NCBI GenBank assembly: GCA_031285625.1
Contig: JAITVV010000081.1
Span: forward strand, 1-64,000
Direction of reading: 5' to 3'
DNA from: Prevotella sp.
Lineage (GTDB): Bacteria; Bacteroidota; Bacteroidia; Bacteroidales; Dysgonomonadaceae
DNA length: 64,000 bases
The notes beneath the pieces were generated by a model. That model worked only from the letters and a program-made list of their open reading frames with translations. It did not search any database and was not told the origin of the DNA. Both the position numbers and the translations under genes were made by a program. Positions 1 to 9,877 of this stretch are shown here, piece by piece; position 1 is the first letter of the stretch; each line of letters opens with the position of its first letter.

Positions 1-192
1 TTGTGGCATCCAGAAGTTCATCCCCCATGGGCGGGCTATGGCAGGGTAGGTGTTTCCCGTTGACAGGGTGTGCTTACTCTGGGTGCCTACCAATACACTG
101 ACATAGTCTACAGGGGAAACCTCCTGGGAAAATACATTACTCAAGAAAGCAATCAGTCCCAGGAAAAGAATCCCCATTTGTTTTTTCTTCAT
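1..192 (-). CDS. GH92 alpha-mannosidase, N-terminal part (runs off window edge)
   Basis: Manual translation from ATG at 192: MKKKQMGILFLGLIAFLSNVFSQEVSPVDYVSVLVGTQSKHTLSTGNTYPAIARPWGMNFWMPQ; signal peptide plus GNTYPxxxxPWGM motif typical of GH92. Confidence 0.85.
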   Translation of the reverse strand, partial: MKKKQMGILFLGLIAFLSNVFSQEVSPVDYVSVLVGTQSKHTLSTGNTYPAIARPWGMNFWMPQ

Positions 193-333
193 TGTTAGTT
201 GATTTTAGAGTTATTTCTGATTATAATGTTTTTGCGTGAATAAGGGGCATAATAAATAAAATTTGAAATGTTTTCAAAATTACATTAATGAGAACAATTA
301 GCTTTTGGCTTTAAAATAATATTAACAAAAAGG

Positions 334-1254
334 CTATTCATTGATGTTAATTAACAAGTTTACTTTTTCTATTTTTTCTTCTGCTGGCATTTCGGCATTT
401 ATCCAATGAATATGAGTACCTCTTTTTTCCATTCCCCGAAACCATGTCATTTGTCTTTTTGCAAACTGGTGAATAGCTATTTCTAATTGTGAATACATTT
501 CTGTGTAAGTTAATTGTTTGGTGATATATAAGGTGACATATTTATATTCCAAACCGTAATATATAAGATCTTCCGGAGCAATTCCCTTGTCTAGAATACC
601 TTGTATTTCTTCTATCATGCCTTCTTTTAAACGGGTATTCAGGCGGTCTGATATTTTCTTCCGACGCAATTCACGGTCTATATCCACACCAATAACCAAA
701 CTGTTAAGAGGTGGAAATTCGTTTTGTTCAAGTGGATACGATTTTTTATATTCTTCTATTTCAATGGCCCTGATAGCCCTTTGTGCAGTATCTACATCTG
801 TTTTATTATGAAGCGTTTTGTATCCCTCCAGTATTTTAGTAAGTTCCTGCAAACTATAATTTGCATATTTTGTCCTGAGTTCTTTATTCTCCGGTACGTC
901 TACTAATGAATAACCTTTCAGTACGGATTCGATATACAGTCCTGAGCCTCCACACAAAACCGGTATTTTATTCCTGCTTTTTATATTCTGATATGCATTA
1001 TGAAAATCGTGCTGATACTCGAAAATATTGTATTTATCTCCTGCATTACGTATATCTATCAGATGATAAGGAATGTTTTTCCCGTCAATAGTATAATCGG
1101 CCAAATCCTTTCCGGTACCTATATCCATAGATTTATATACTTGCCGCGAATCCCCGCTTATAATTTCTGCATCAAGAACATATGCTAACTGACAAGCAAA
1201 AGTAGTTTTTCCGGATGCTGTAGGGCCTAATATGGTGATAAGATCGTAATTCAT
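334..1254 (-). CDS. miaA: tRNA dimethylallyltransferase
   Basis: GPTASGKT P-loop, DSRQVY, GGSGLY, AKRQMTW motifs. Confidence 0.95.
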   Translation of the reverse strand: MNYDLITILGPTASGKTTFACQLAYVLDAEIISGDSRQVYKSMDIGTGKDLADYTIDGKNIPYHLIDIRNAGDKYNIFEYQHDFHNAYQNIKSRNKIPVLCGGSGLYIESVLKGYSLVDVPENKELRTKYANYSLQELTKILEGYKTLHNKTDVDTAQRAIRAIEIEEYKKSYPLEQNEFPPLNSLVIGVDIDRELRRKKISDRLNTRLKEGMIEEIQGILDKGIAPEDLIYYGLEYKYVTLYITKQLTYTEMYSQLEIAIHQFAKRQMTWFRGMEKRGTHIHWINAEMPAEEKIEKVNLLININE

Positions 1255-1258
1255 TTTG

Positions 1259-1266
1259 CAAAGATA
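1259..1266 (-). promoter_or_regulatory. Bacteroidetes -7 promoter element (TATCTTTG) of miaA
   Basis: Matches TAnnTTTG; ends 4 nt before the ATG. Confidence 0.55.
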
Positions 1267-1496
1267 ATCTGTAGAATGCTTTTTTAATTAGCCAGAGAGC
1301 CTTTTTTAATAATATTCATAAACCAATCTTCTTTGAATAGCCAGCAATCAAATTATTCTTGCAAAGAAAGCCCATTTTTCTATTTTATTTTATCTTTTAT
1401 TCATTAATTCTTTGTTCTTCTAGTAGATATAAGTTCCTAGTTCAAAAAAACGGATTATATTTGTAGCTTGAATTAATTTATACTCTAAAATTACGA

Positions 1497-1853
1497 ATGA
1501 AAGAAGGAAAAAGCTTAGTAAACCATATTGTGGCAGCATGCCAGGAAAAAAAAGCTAGAAATATTGTCGTTGTAGACATGACTGAACTACCAGGTACCAT
1601 TTGTCAATATTTTGTTATTTGCGAAGGAAACACACCTACACAAGTATCTGCAATATCAGAAGAGGTGGTTGATTACCTCAAGAAAAAGAAAGAACGCCCG
1701 ATTTCAATTGATGGATTACGTGAGAGCCGATGGGTCGGTATAGATTATGGTACGGTTATTGTACATGTTTTCTTACCCGAACTGCGTGAATTTTACAATA
1801 TAGAGCATTTATGGGCAGACGCTAAATTAGAAAATATTCCGGATATTGACTAA
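1497..1853 (+). CDS. rsfS: Ribosome silencing factor
   Basis: EKKA-x-IVVVD, W-x3-DYG-x-VIVHVF-x4-R-x-FY-x-E-x-LW signature. Confidence 0.95.
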   Translation: MKEGKSLVNHIVAACQEKKARNIVVVDMTELPGTICQYFVICEGNTPTQVSAISEEVVDYLKKKKERPISIDGLRESRWVGIDYGTVIVHVFLPELREFYNIEHLWADAKLENIPDID

Positions 1854-1924
1854 CAACAATTTATATAGTTGCTTGTTATATCTTGAATACGAACAAACTA
1901 AGACACACGTTGTAAAGAAATAAT

Positions 1925-3946
1925 ATGGATAATTACAATAAAGGTGATAAACCAAAAACTCCCAATATCAAAGGCCCTAAGATGCCTTTCAATCTTTATT
2001 GGGTATATCTGATTGTATTTGCTGCTATTATAGGGATGTATTTCTTCTCTGATAACACAGTAACAAAAGAAGTACCCTGGTCTGATTTTCAAGGCTATGT
2101 AAAGAATAATAGTGTAAACAAAATCATTGTAGACAGAAAGAACAGCACGTTAAAAGCATTTGTACGTGAAGACTCTGTAAAAAGCGTATTCAAAGGCGAT
2201 GCTGAACGTGCCGGTACAAATCCGGCTATTGTGGTACGTATTCCTTCTGCTGACAAATTTGCCGATTTCTATGAAAAGGTACGCGCCGAATATAAATACG
2301 ATATAGATGTAAGTTACGAAGATAGTACCAATCCACTGGAAATTCTGGTAGGCTTCCTGCCTGTAATTCTTATCTTCGGATTATTTATATATATGATGCG
2401 CCGTATGTCCGGAGGTGGCTCCGGAGGCGGAGGTGGAGTATTTAGCGTAGGTAAATCGAAAGCTCAGCTTTATGATAAAGGATCAGATCTGCGCGTTACA
2501 TTTAAAGATGTAGCCGGATTATCTGAAGCAAAAGAAGAAATAGAAGAAATCGTAGAATTCCTAAAGAACCCTTCCCGTTATACAGAAATAGGTGGTAAAA
2601 TACCGAAAGGTGCATTACTGGTTGGCCCTCCGGGAACAGGTAAAACATTATTGGCAAAAGCTGTTGCAGGTGAAGCGAATGTTCCATTCTTTTCTTTGTC
2701 AGGTTCTGACTTTGTAGAAATGTTTGTGGGGGTGGGAGCTTCACGTGTGAGAGACTTGTTTAAACAAGCTAAAGAAAAATCACCTTGTATTATATTTATT
2801 GATGAGATAGATGCTATTGGCCGTGCACGTGGACGGAACCTGAATATGGGTTCTAATGATGAGCGCGAAAATACATTGAACCAATTGTTGACAGAAATGG
2901 ATGGTTTCGGTACAAACAGTGGTATTATTATACTTGCTGCTACCAACCGTGCAGATATCCTGGATAAAGCTTTGCTTCGTGCAGGCCGTTTCGACCGTCA
3001 GATAACTGTCGATTTACCAGACCTGAATGACAGGAAAGAAATATTTAAAGTACATCTACGTCCGGTAAAAATAGATGACTCGGTGGACGTAGAATTCCTT
3101 GCCCGTCAGACTCCGGGCTTTTCGGGTGCTGATATTGCCAATGTTTGTAATGAGGCTGCCTTGATAGCTGCCCGTAAAGGCAAGAAAGTGGTGCAAAAGG
3201 ATGACTTTACCAATGCGGTAGACCGTATTATCGGTGGACTGGAAAAGAAAAATAAAGTAACCACGCTTGACGAAAGAAAAACAATCGCCATACATGAAGC
3301 CGGACATGCTACATTGAGTTGGTTCCTACAATATGCAAATCCATTGGTGAAAGTAACGATAGTACCTCGCGGAAAAGCACTTGGTGCTGCATGGTACTTA
3401 CCTGAAGAAAGACAGATAACAACAAAAGAACAAATGCTTGATGAGATGTGTGCACTACTTGGTGGACGCGCTGCAGAAGAAGTATTTGTAGGTCATATAT
3501 CTTCCGGAGCGGCAAACGATCTGGAACGTGTGACTAAGCAGGCTTATGCAATGATTTCGTATCTGGGGATGAGTGAGAAACTTCCTAACCTGAGTTATTA
3601 TGATTCATCAGGTGAAGGATATGGTTTCACCAAACCTTATAGTGAAGAAACAGCCTTGTTGATCGACAAGGAAGTTCAATCGATGATCAACGAGCAATAC
3701 GAACGAGCAAAACATTTACTACGTGAACATGCCGATGGTCATGAAAAATTGGCAAACCTATTGATAACAGAAGAAGTTATTTTTGCTGATGACTTGAAAA
3801 AAGTATTTGGAGAGCGTCAATGGGTATCGAGATCTGAGGAAATTCTTAAGGAAACAGAGGAATTACCAACTGATATAGAGATCGAAATCAAAAAAGATGA
3901 GGATGCTCCAGGCATGATAGCAGCAGGAGATCAATCGGAGGAATAG
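1925..3946 (+). CDS. ftsH: ATP-dependent zinc metalloprotease FtsH
   Basis: Two TM segments, GPPGTGKT Walker A, IIFIDEID Walker B, HEAGH zinc motif. Confidence 0.97.
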   Translation: MDNYNKGDKPKTPNIKGPKMPFNLYWVYLIVFAAIIGMYFFSDNTVTKEVPWSDFQGYVKNNSVNKIIVDRKNSTLKAFVREDSVKSVFKGDAERAGTNPAIVVRIPSADKFADFYEKVRAEYKYDIDVSYEDSTNPLEILVGFLPVILIFGLFIYMMRRMSGGGSGGGGGVFSVGKSKAQLYDKGSDLRVTFKDVAGLSEAKEEIEEIVEFLKNPSRYTEIGGKIPKGALLVGPPGTGKTLLAKAVAGEANVPFFSLSGSDFVEMFVGVGASRVRDLFKQAKEKSPCIIFIDEIDAIGRARGRNLNMGSNDERENTLNQLLTEMDGFGTNSGIIILAATNRADILDKALLRAGRFDRQITVDLPDLNDRKEIFKVHLRPVKIDDSVDVEFLARQTPGFSGADIANVCNEAALIAARKGKKVVQKDDFTNAVDRIIGGLEKKNKVTTLDERKTIAIHEAGHATLSWFLQYANPLVKVTIVPRGKALGAAWYLPEERQITTKEQMLDEMCALLGGRAAEEVFVGHISSGAANDLERVTKQAYAMISYLGMSEKLPNLSYYDSSGEGYGFTKPYSEETALLIDKEVQSMINEQYERAKHLLREHADGHEKLANLLITEEVIFADDLKKVFGERQWVSRSEEILKETEELPTDIEIEIKKDEDAPGMIAAGDQSEE

Positions 3947-4089
3947 GCTTTTTTTTGTATTGATTTATAAATGTTAACGAGTATATTAAAATAAAAATAT
4001 ACTTTTGTAGAAGAAAGAATGTATTTAACACGTGACATTCTGTCTTTTGCTTGTGGTCTGTAAGGGGCCATGTGATAGACTAAATACAA

Positions 4090-6084
4090 ATGCAAAACAC
4101 TATGCACATAAAGCTTACAGGGCTTTTTGTTAGCTGTGCGCTAACAGTAATGAGCCAAACGGGAATCAAAGAGATCGACAATAACACAGCTACACAACAA
4201 CCTGCTTACGAGCAGGTTTACGACCAGCGTTTGCAGGATTTTAACAAAAAAACAAAATCGTTGGATGATTGTTTTTCACTTGTAGATGGCCCTTTAACAT
4301 TTCACGATTCTGTATATATAAGCCGTCTGTATTCTTTACCTACAGAAATAAATTTGAAATTTAATCCGGTCGTGCGTGAGCACATAGAGAAGTACACCAA
4401 AAATACGCAAAATCAAGTAAGCAATTTGTTAGGAAAAAGTAAATATTATTTCCCTTTGTTTGAAGAGATCTTAGACAGGGAAGGTGTTCCTTTGGAATTA
4501 AAATATTTACCTGTTGTCGAATCGGCACTTAACCCTACAGCGCGTTCTCATGCAGGGGCATCCGGTATTTGGCAATTTATGTTAGTTACCGGAAAATCAT
4601 ACGGGCTTGAGATCAATTCACTTGTTGACGAACGTCGCGATCCGGTTAAGTCAACAACAGCTGCCGCAAAATATCTGAAAGACCTTTATTACATATACGA
4701 TGACTGGAGTCTGGTTCTTGCAGCTTATAATTGCGGTCCGGCTAATGTGAACAAAGCTATCTATCGTAGTGGAGGAAAAACAGATTACTGGGATATATAC
4801 CCATATCTGCCTAAAGAAACGCGAAATTACGTCCCTGCGTTTATTGCAGCTACTTATATAATGAATTATCATAACGAGCATAATATTTGTCCGGCAAAAT
4901 CGAGTTTCCCATTATCGATGGATTCTGTTAAGGTCAATAAGAATATTCGCCTTCAACATGTCGCAAACGTTATTAATGTTCCTCTAAATGATTTGAAACG
5001 TTATAATCCTCAGTTCAAAAGTGATGTTGTTCCCGGTAATGACAGGGAATATACACTAAACTTACCTGCTCAGAAAGTTCTGGCGTTTATCGACAATGAG
5101 GAAGCAATATATTCCAATAAAAAACCGAAGAAGACAACAAATACAAACACGCAAATATTTTTTGCTCAAAACACAACGAAAGAAGAAGTCCCTATCATAT
5201 CACAGGTAATTGAAAATGAATCGAATTCTTTGTTAGAAGCCCGAGAAGTTACAGTCATTCATGAGGTTGTAAAAGGTGATAATCTGATTAAAATAGCTAA
5301 GAGGAATGGTGTAACTGTTACCGAGTTGAAGAAATGGAATAATTTGAAGAAAAATTATATCAGGCCCGGAACTGAACTGAAAATACAGAAAATAGAATAT
5401 TTTGCAGTTGAACCAAAACTAAAAGAGCCTGAGCTTATGACCGTTTTTATCGATCCGAGTTCTAACTATGCTGTTATTGATAACTATCTGCAGCAAATAG
5501 AAAATGAAATGGATGTACAGAGAAATCTGGATAAAGTAAAAGCTTCGGATGAATTAAGATTGGTTGCTGCAACAAACAACTATCACTATAAAGCAACCGC
5601 ATATACCACCAAAAAGAAGAATACAAACATATTTAACCGTATAGCTAGTGCTGCCACCACAACCTTCCATTCTGTAAAAGGATGGGGAGAAACCCAACTG
5701 GGTAAACTTAAGGGAGAGCGTCCGATGGAATACTATGCAGACAATGTGGCGCAAATACAACCGGAGGTAAAAGAGGAGAAATCTGTAGTGCAGGTAGCAT
5801 CCGTAATAGAACCAACCCCTAAGATGCAAAGAAGCCTGTACACTTCAGTAGTTGATAATAAGAATGAAGCTTCGTATACAAATACAGTATTTGATAATAC
5901 CCGTAGTAAGGTTTATCATAAGGTAAGAATTGGAGAAACAATTACACAAATAGCAACATATTACAAGGTCTCTAAGGATGATATTATTGCCTGGAATAAC
6001 CTGACCTTTGGTATGGCTAAAATAAGTCAGCGATTATTGATTTATTTACCGAATAATGATGATCTAGCTAATGTTCCTTTATAA
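4090..6084 (+). CDS. MltD-like lytic transglycosylase with LysM domains
   Basis: SLT motifs VES-x3-P, GIWQFM, AYNCG; two LysM repeats (HEVVKGDNL..., HKVRIGETI...) separated by a long linker. Confidence 0.85.
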   Translation: MQNTMHIKLTGLFVSCALTVMSQTGIKEIDNNTATQQPAYEQVYDQRLQDFNKKTKSLDDCFSLVDGPLTFHDSVYISRLYSLPTEINLKFNPVVREHIEKYTKNTQNQVSNLLGKSKYYFPLFEEILDREGVPLELKYLPVVESALNPTARSHAGASGIWQFMLVTGKSYGLEINSLVDERRDPVKSTTAAAKYLKDLYYIYDDWSLVLAAYNCGPANVNKAIYRSGGKTDYWDIYPYLPKETRNYVPAFIAATYIMNYHNEHNICPAKSSFPLSMDSVKVNKNIRLQHVANVINVPLNDLKRYNPQFKSDVVPGNDREYTLNLPAQKVLAFIDNEEAIYSNKKPKKTTNTNTQIFFAQNTTKEEVPIISQVIENESNSLLEAREVTVIHEVVKGDNLIKIAKRNGVTVTELKKWNNLKKNYIRPGTELKIQKIEYFAVEPKLKEPELMTVFIDPSSNYAVIDNYLQQIENEMDVQRNLDKVKASDELRLVAATNNYHYKATAYTTKKKNTNIFNRIASAATTTFHSVKGWGETQLGKLKGERPMEYYADNVAQIQPEVKEEKSVVQVASVIEPTPKMQRSLYTSVVDNKNEASYTNTVFDNTRSKVYHKVRIGETITQIATYYKVSKDDIIAWNNLTFGMAKISQRLLIYLPNNDDLANVPL

Positions 6085-6116
6085 AGGAAAAACCACTCGA
6101 ATATTTATTAATAAAC

Positions 6117-6151
6117 AACCTGCCTGAATTTTCCTTTAGGCGGGTTTTTTT
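6117..6151 (+). terminator. Intrinsic terminator
   Basis: aacctgcctga...ttaggcgggtt hairpin plus T-tract. Confidence 0.7.
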
Positions 6152-6217
6152 ATTTATCATAGCTTTGATATTTCTATTTTTACTACTTTTGCTTCAGAAT
6201 AATAAAACGCTATTACC

Positions 6218-7048
6218 TTGAAATTACCTAATATTGCTGTCCGTATTATTGCAGGAGCTATTTTTGTAGGTTTACTGCTCGGAGGAATCCTGATTAATGA
6301 ATATACATTTGCTATTATATTTTCATTGATAACAGTTCTGTCGCTATATGAATTCTATGGCTTGATTGAAAAAGATACTAAAGTCCCTGTCATTAGGGTA
6401 TGGAATGTTTTGGGAGGTTTTTTCCTTTTTCTGGGTAGTTTCTATTTCTGTGTTTTTGATTCCTCAGCTTTAGCATTTGTCCCCTACATTATATATGTAT
6501 TAATCCTTTTCATCAGCGAATTGTATCTTAAGCGGACTAATCCGATACAGTCCATTGCATATTCATTATTAGGACAATTCTATATCGCTATCCCTTATGC
6601 ACTGACTAATTATCTTGTATTTGCATATGAGCCGGGAAAATATCATTATGTATATATTCTGGCCTTGCTGGTATTTATATGGGTAAATGATTCCTTTGCT
6701 TATCTTTCGGGAATGGCATTTGGCAAACACCGTTTATTTGAACGTATATCACCAAAAAAATCATGGGAAGGATTTATCGGAGGTGCTGCTGTTTCTATCG
6801 GTTCATCATTAATATTTGCCCATTTCTTCACTAATTTACCTGTTTGGGCATGGATAGGGTTTGCTGTTGTCACGATTGTATTCGGTACATGGGGCGATTT
6901 ATTTGAGTCACTGATAAAACGGACTTTAGGTGTTAAGGATTCAGGAAATATGATACCCGGACACGGAGGAATTCTTGATCGCTTTGATAGCACGATATTA
7001 GCTATTCCGGCCATTTTCTTATACCTTATATTAATTAGTAATATCTAG
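6218..7048 (+). CDS. cdsA: Phosphatidate cytidylyltransferase
   Basis: Polytopic membrane protein; SPKKSWEG and KDSG-x2-IPGHGGILDRFDS motifs. Confidence 0.95.
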   Translation: MKLPNIAVRIIAGAIFVGLLLGGILINEYTFAIIFSLITVLSLYEFYGLIEKDTKVPVIRVWNVLGGFFLFLGSFYFCVFDSSALAFVPYIIYVLILFISELYLKRTNPIQSIAYSLLGQFYIAIPYALTNYLVFAYEPGKYHYVYILALLVFIWVNDSFAYLSGMAFGKHRLFERISPKKSWEGFIGGAAVSIGSSLIFAHFFTNLPVWAWIGFAVVTIVFGTWGDLFESLIKRTLGVKDSGNMIPGHGGILDRFDSTILAIPAIFLYLILISNI

Positions 7049-7137
7049 CAGATAATCTTGCTGGCAAACTATTTTATTCCGATTTTTGTTGTTAACTTTA
7101 CTATAACTTAATAGGACTATAAATCAAACATGATGAT

Positions 7138-7257
7138 ATGACAAAAAAAGTTTTAGCTGTAACTTTAGTAGCTGCTGTAGCCAGTGTTACAGTATATGCA
7201 TATATACAAAAGAAAAAAAAGGAAAGGCGTAGGAATCTACCTATGAACTTTATTTGA
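7138..7257 (+). CDS. Putative 39-aa single-pass membrane protein
   Basis: MTKKVLAVTLVAAVASVTVYAYIQKKKKERRRNLPMNFI*; hydrophobic helix plus basic tail, followed by its own terminator. Confidence 0.55.
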   Translation: MTKKVLAVTLVAAVASVTVYAYIQKKKKERRRNLPMNFI

Positions 7258-7265
7258 ATTAGAAT

Positions 7266-7294
7266 AGGCGTCTTCCAATCAAGACGCTTTTTTT
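7266..7294 (+). terminator. Intrinsic terminator
   Basis: ggcgtctt-ccaatc-aagacgct followed by a T run. Confidence 0.7.
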
Positions 7295-7408
7295 GCTGTT
7301 ATCCTTACTTCATTTTTTACCAATATTTCAAAGTCTAACTGCATAAATGTTAAGAATAGTCGGCATAGAATTACCACAATAAAAAAAGATATACCTTTGC
7401 AGCTGATT

Positions 7409-9220
7409 ATGAAAGAATACCGTCTTACAGATTGGCTACCTACAACAAAAAAAGAAGTTGAATTAAGAGGATGGAATGAGCTTGATGTTATTCTGTTCTC
7501 CGGTGATGCATATATTGACCATCCATCTTTCGGAGCGGCAGTAATAGGACGATTACTTGAAGCCGAAGGACTAAAAGTAGCTATTGTGCCCCAACCCAAC
7601 TGGCGGGATGATTTACGTGATTTCAAAAAGCTTGGCAAACCGCGCCTATTCTTTGGAGTAACGGCCGGGGCTATGGACTCTATGATAAATCATTATACGG
7701 CAAATAAACGATTGCGTTCCGACGATGCATATACACCTGATGGCAGAGCCGATATGCGCCCCGACAGACCATCGATAGTTTATACAAATATATTAAAGGA
7801 ATTATTTCCTGATATCCCGGTTATCTTGGGTGGTATAGAGGCATCTTTACGTCGTGTCACACATTACGACTATTGGGATGATAAACTCCATAAATCTATT
7901 TTAGTAGATTCCAAAGCTGATCTCTTAGTGTATGGAATGGGCGAGCTCCCGCTTAAATCGATTATTTCGAGCTTGAACAATGGAAAATCATTTGACCAAT
8001 TAAATGATATACCTCAAACAGCATATTTACTGAATAAGGGCCAAATAAAAGAAGAGAAAGATATTCACCTCTTTTCGCATGAGGAATGTTTGGTTGATAA
8101 ACTAAAACAAGCTAAAAATTTTAAGATTGTAGAAGAGCAGTCGAATATGATGAATGCTTCACGGATCGTACAATCGTGCGGAGAACAAGTGGTAGTTATA
8201 AATCCACCGTATCCTCCCATGTCGGAGAAAGAAATCGATACATCTTTCGATTTGCCATATACACGTTTGCCTCATCCCAAATATAAGGGGAAAGCAATCC
8301 CTGCATTTGAGATGATAAAATTTTCTTTAAATATGCATCGCGGATGCTTCGGGGGGTGTGCATTCTGTACTATATCGGCACATCAGGGAAAATTTATAGC
8401 TTCACGGTCTAAAGAATCCATACTGAAAGAGGTGAAGCAAATAACAGAAATGCCCGATTTCAAGGGATATTTGAGTGATCTTGGAGGGCCGTCTGCCAAT
8501 ATGTATAAAATGAAAGGTAAGGATGAGGATATATGCAGTAAATGTAAACGCCCATCTTGTATCCATCCCAGGATATGCAAAAATTTGAACGTCGATCATT
8601 CCTATCTTCTTGATATTTATAAGGCTGTTGACAGTATGCCTCAGATCAAAAAATCATTTATTGGGAGTGGAGTGCGTTATGATATGCTCCTCCACCGGAA
8701 TGATGATAATAAACTGAACAAAGTATCTGAAGAGTATACGAAAGAGTTAATCATTAATCATGTATCAGGCAGATTGAAAGTTGCTCCGGAGCATACATCG
8801 GACAAAGTCCTCAATTACATGAGAAAACCAAATTTTGACCAATTCTATTCATTCAAAAAGATTTTTGATAAAATAAATAAAGAATCGGGAATGAAGCAAC
8901 AGCTTATACCTTATTTTATATCTTCCCATCCCGGATGTACAGAGATAGATATGGCAGAACTTGCTGTTGCAACCAAACCTCTCGGTTTTAAGCTGGAACA
9001 GATTCAGGATTTTACTCCTTCTCCTATGACTGTAGCCACCGAAATATATTATACCGGATATCATCCATACACATTGGAGAAAGTATATACTGCACGTACA
9101 AAAGAGCAAAAGTTGGCACAACGCCAATTTTTCTTCTGGTACGATAAGAATTACCGTCCTCAGATCATAAAAGAATTGAGAAAGCTAAAGAGGGAAGACT
9201 TGCTGAAAAAATTATATTAG
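7409..9220 (+). CDS. YgiQ/UPF0313 family radical SAM protein
   Basis: GDAYIDHPSFG N-terminal motif; CFGGCAFC (CxxxCxxC); ATG at 7409 preferred over TTG at 7397. Confidence 0.9.
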   Translation: MKEYRLTDWLPTTKKEVELRGWNELDVILFSGDAYIDHPSFGAAVIGRLLEAEGLKVAIVPQPNWRDDLRDFKKLGKPRLFFGVTAGAMDSMINHYTANKRLRSDDAYTPDGRADMRPDRPSIVYTNILKELFPDIPVILGGIEASLRRVTHYDYWDDKLHKSILVDSKADLLVYGMGELPLKSIISSLNNGKSFDQLNDIPQTAYLLNKGQIKEEKDIHLFSHEECLVDKLKQAKNFKIVEEQSNMMNASRIVQSCGEQVVVINPPYPPMSEKEIDTSFDLPYTRLPHPKYKGKAIPAFEMIKFSLNMHRGCFGGCAFCTISAHQGKFIASRSKESILKEVKQITEMPDFKGYLSDLGGPSANMYKMKGKDEDICSKCKRPSCIHPRICKNLNVDHSYLLDIYKAVDSMPQIKKSFIGSGVRYDMLLHRNDDNKLNKVSEEYTKELIINHVSGRLKVAPEHTSDKVLNYMRKPNFDQFYSFKKIFDKINKESGMKQQLIPYFISSHPGCTEIDMAELAVATKPLGFKLEQIQDFTPSPMTVATEIYYTGYHPYTLEKVYTARTKEQKLAQRQFFFWYDKNYRPQIIKELRKLKREDLLKKLY

Positions 9221-9249
9221 CTAAACTCGTAAAATTAACCACTCATTAG

Positions 9250-9709
9250 ATGAAGAAACTTATTCTGCTTGTTTTATGCCTACCACTACTGTATGCCTGT
9301 TCAGAAAACCCGAGGCAAAAGTAAAACCGACTCAGACAGGATGCAATTCACTAAATCTAACAGCTGCATCTGCAAATAATTCCTCATCATATAAATAGTT
9401 ATATCCTAACGATTTAATCGAAGTTATTGAAACAAACTCATTTTTATCCAAAGTGCCAAAGTTAATGTTTCACCCATGAGCATTATGATGAAAGCATTTA
9501 CAAATCAGGATGATAAAGAAATTCAGGCTTGTGTGAAAATGCTGCTCGAAACAGATGCCGACACAGGATTTATGCACGAATCATTCAACAAAGATAATCC
9601 TAAGAAATTTACTCGCGAGTGGTTTGCATGGCAAAATACATTATTTGGCGAACTAATTCTTAAATTGGTAAATGAAGGAAAGGTAGATTTATTGAATGAA
9701 ATAAAATAA
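9250..9709 (+). pseudogene. Remnant of a GH125 alpha-mannosidase gene
   Basis: 9476-9709 encodes only the GH125 C-terminus (GFMHESF-x-KD-x4-FTR-x-WFAWQNTLFGE); 9250-9324 encodes an orphan lipoprotein signal MKKLILLVLCLPLLYAC that stops after 24 aa. Confidence 0.7.
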
Positions 9710-9725
9710 AGGAAATAGATTAAAA

Positions 9726-9875
9726 AGGGTGTGTCAAAAGTAAAACTGCACTATCAAAGTGTAACCCTCTTTGTCATCCTGAGTGCAACGAAGGATCTCG
9801 ACCCTCCGGACATGAGATGTTTCACTTCGTTCAACATGACAAAAAGATAGCGAAAAATACTTTTGACACACCTCT
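9726..9875. mobile_element. MITE-like element copy 1 (terminal inverted repeats plus internal REP-like doublet)
   Basis: Ends ggtgtgtcaaaagta / tacttttgacacacc; internal gtcatcctgagtgcaacgaaggatctc...gagatgtttcacttcgttcaacatgac; near-identical inverted copy at 27571-27720. Confidence 0.8.
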
Positions 9876-9877
9876 TT

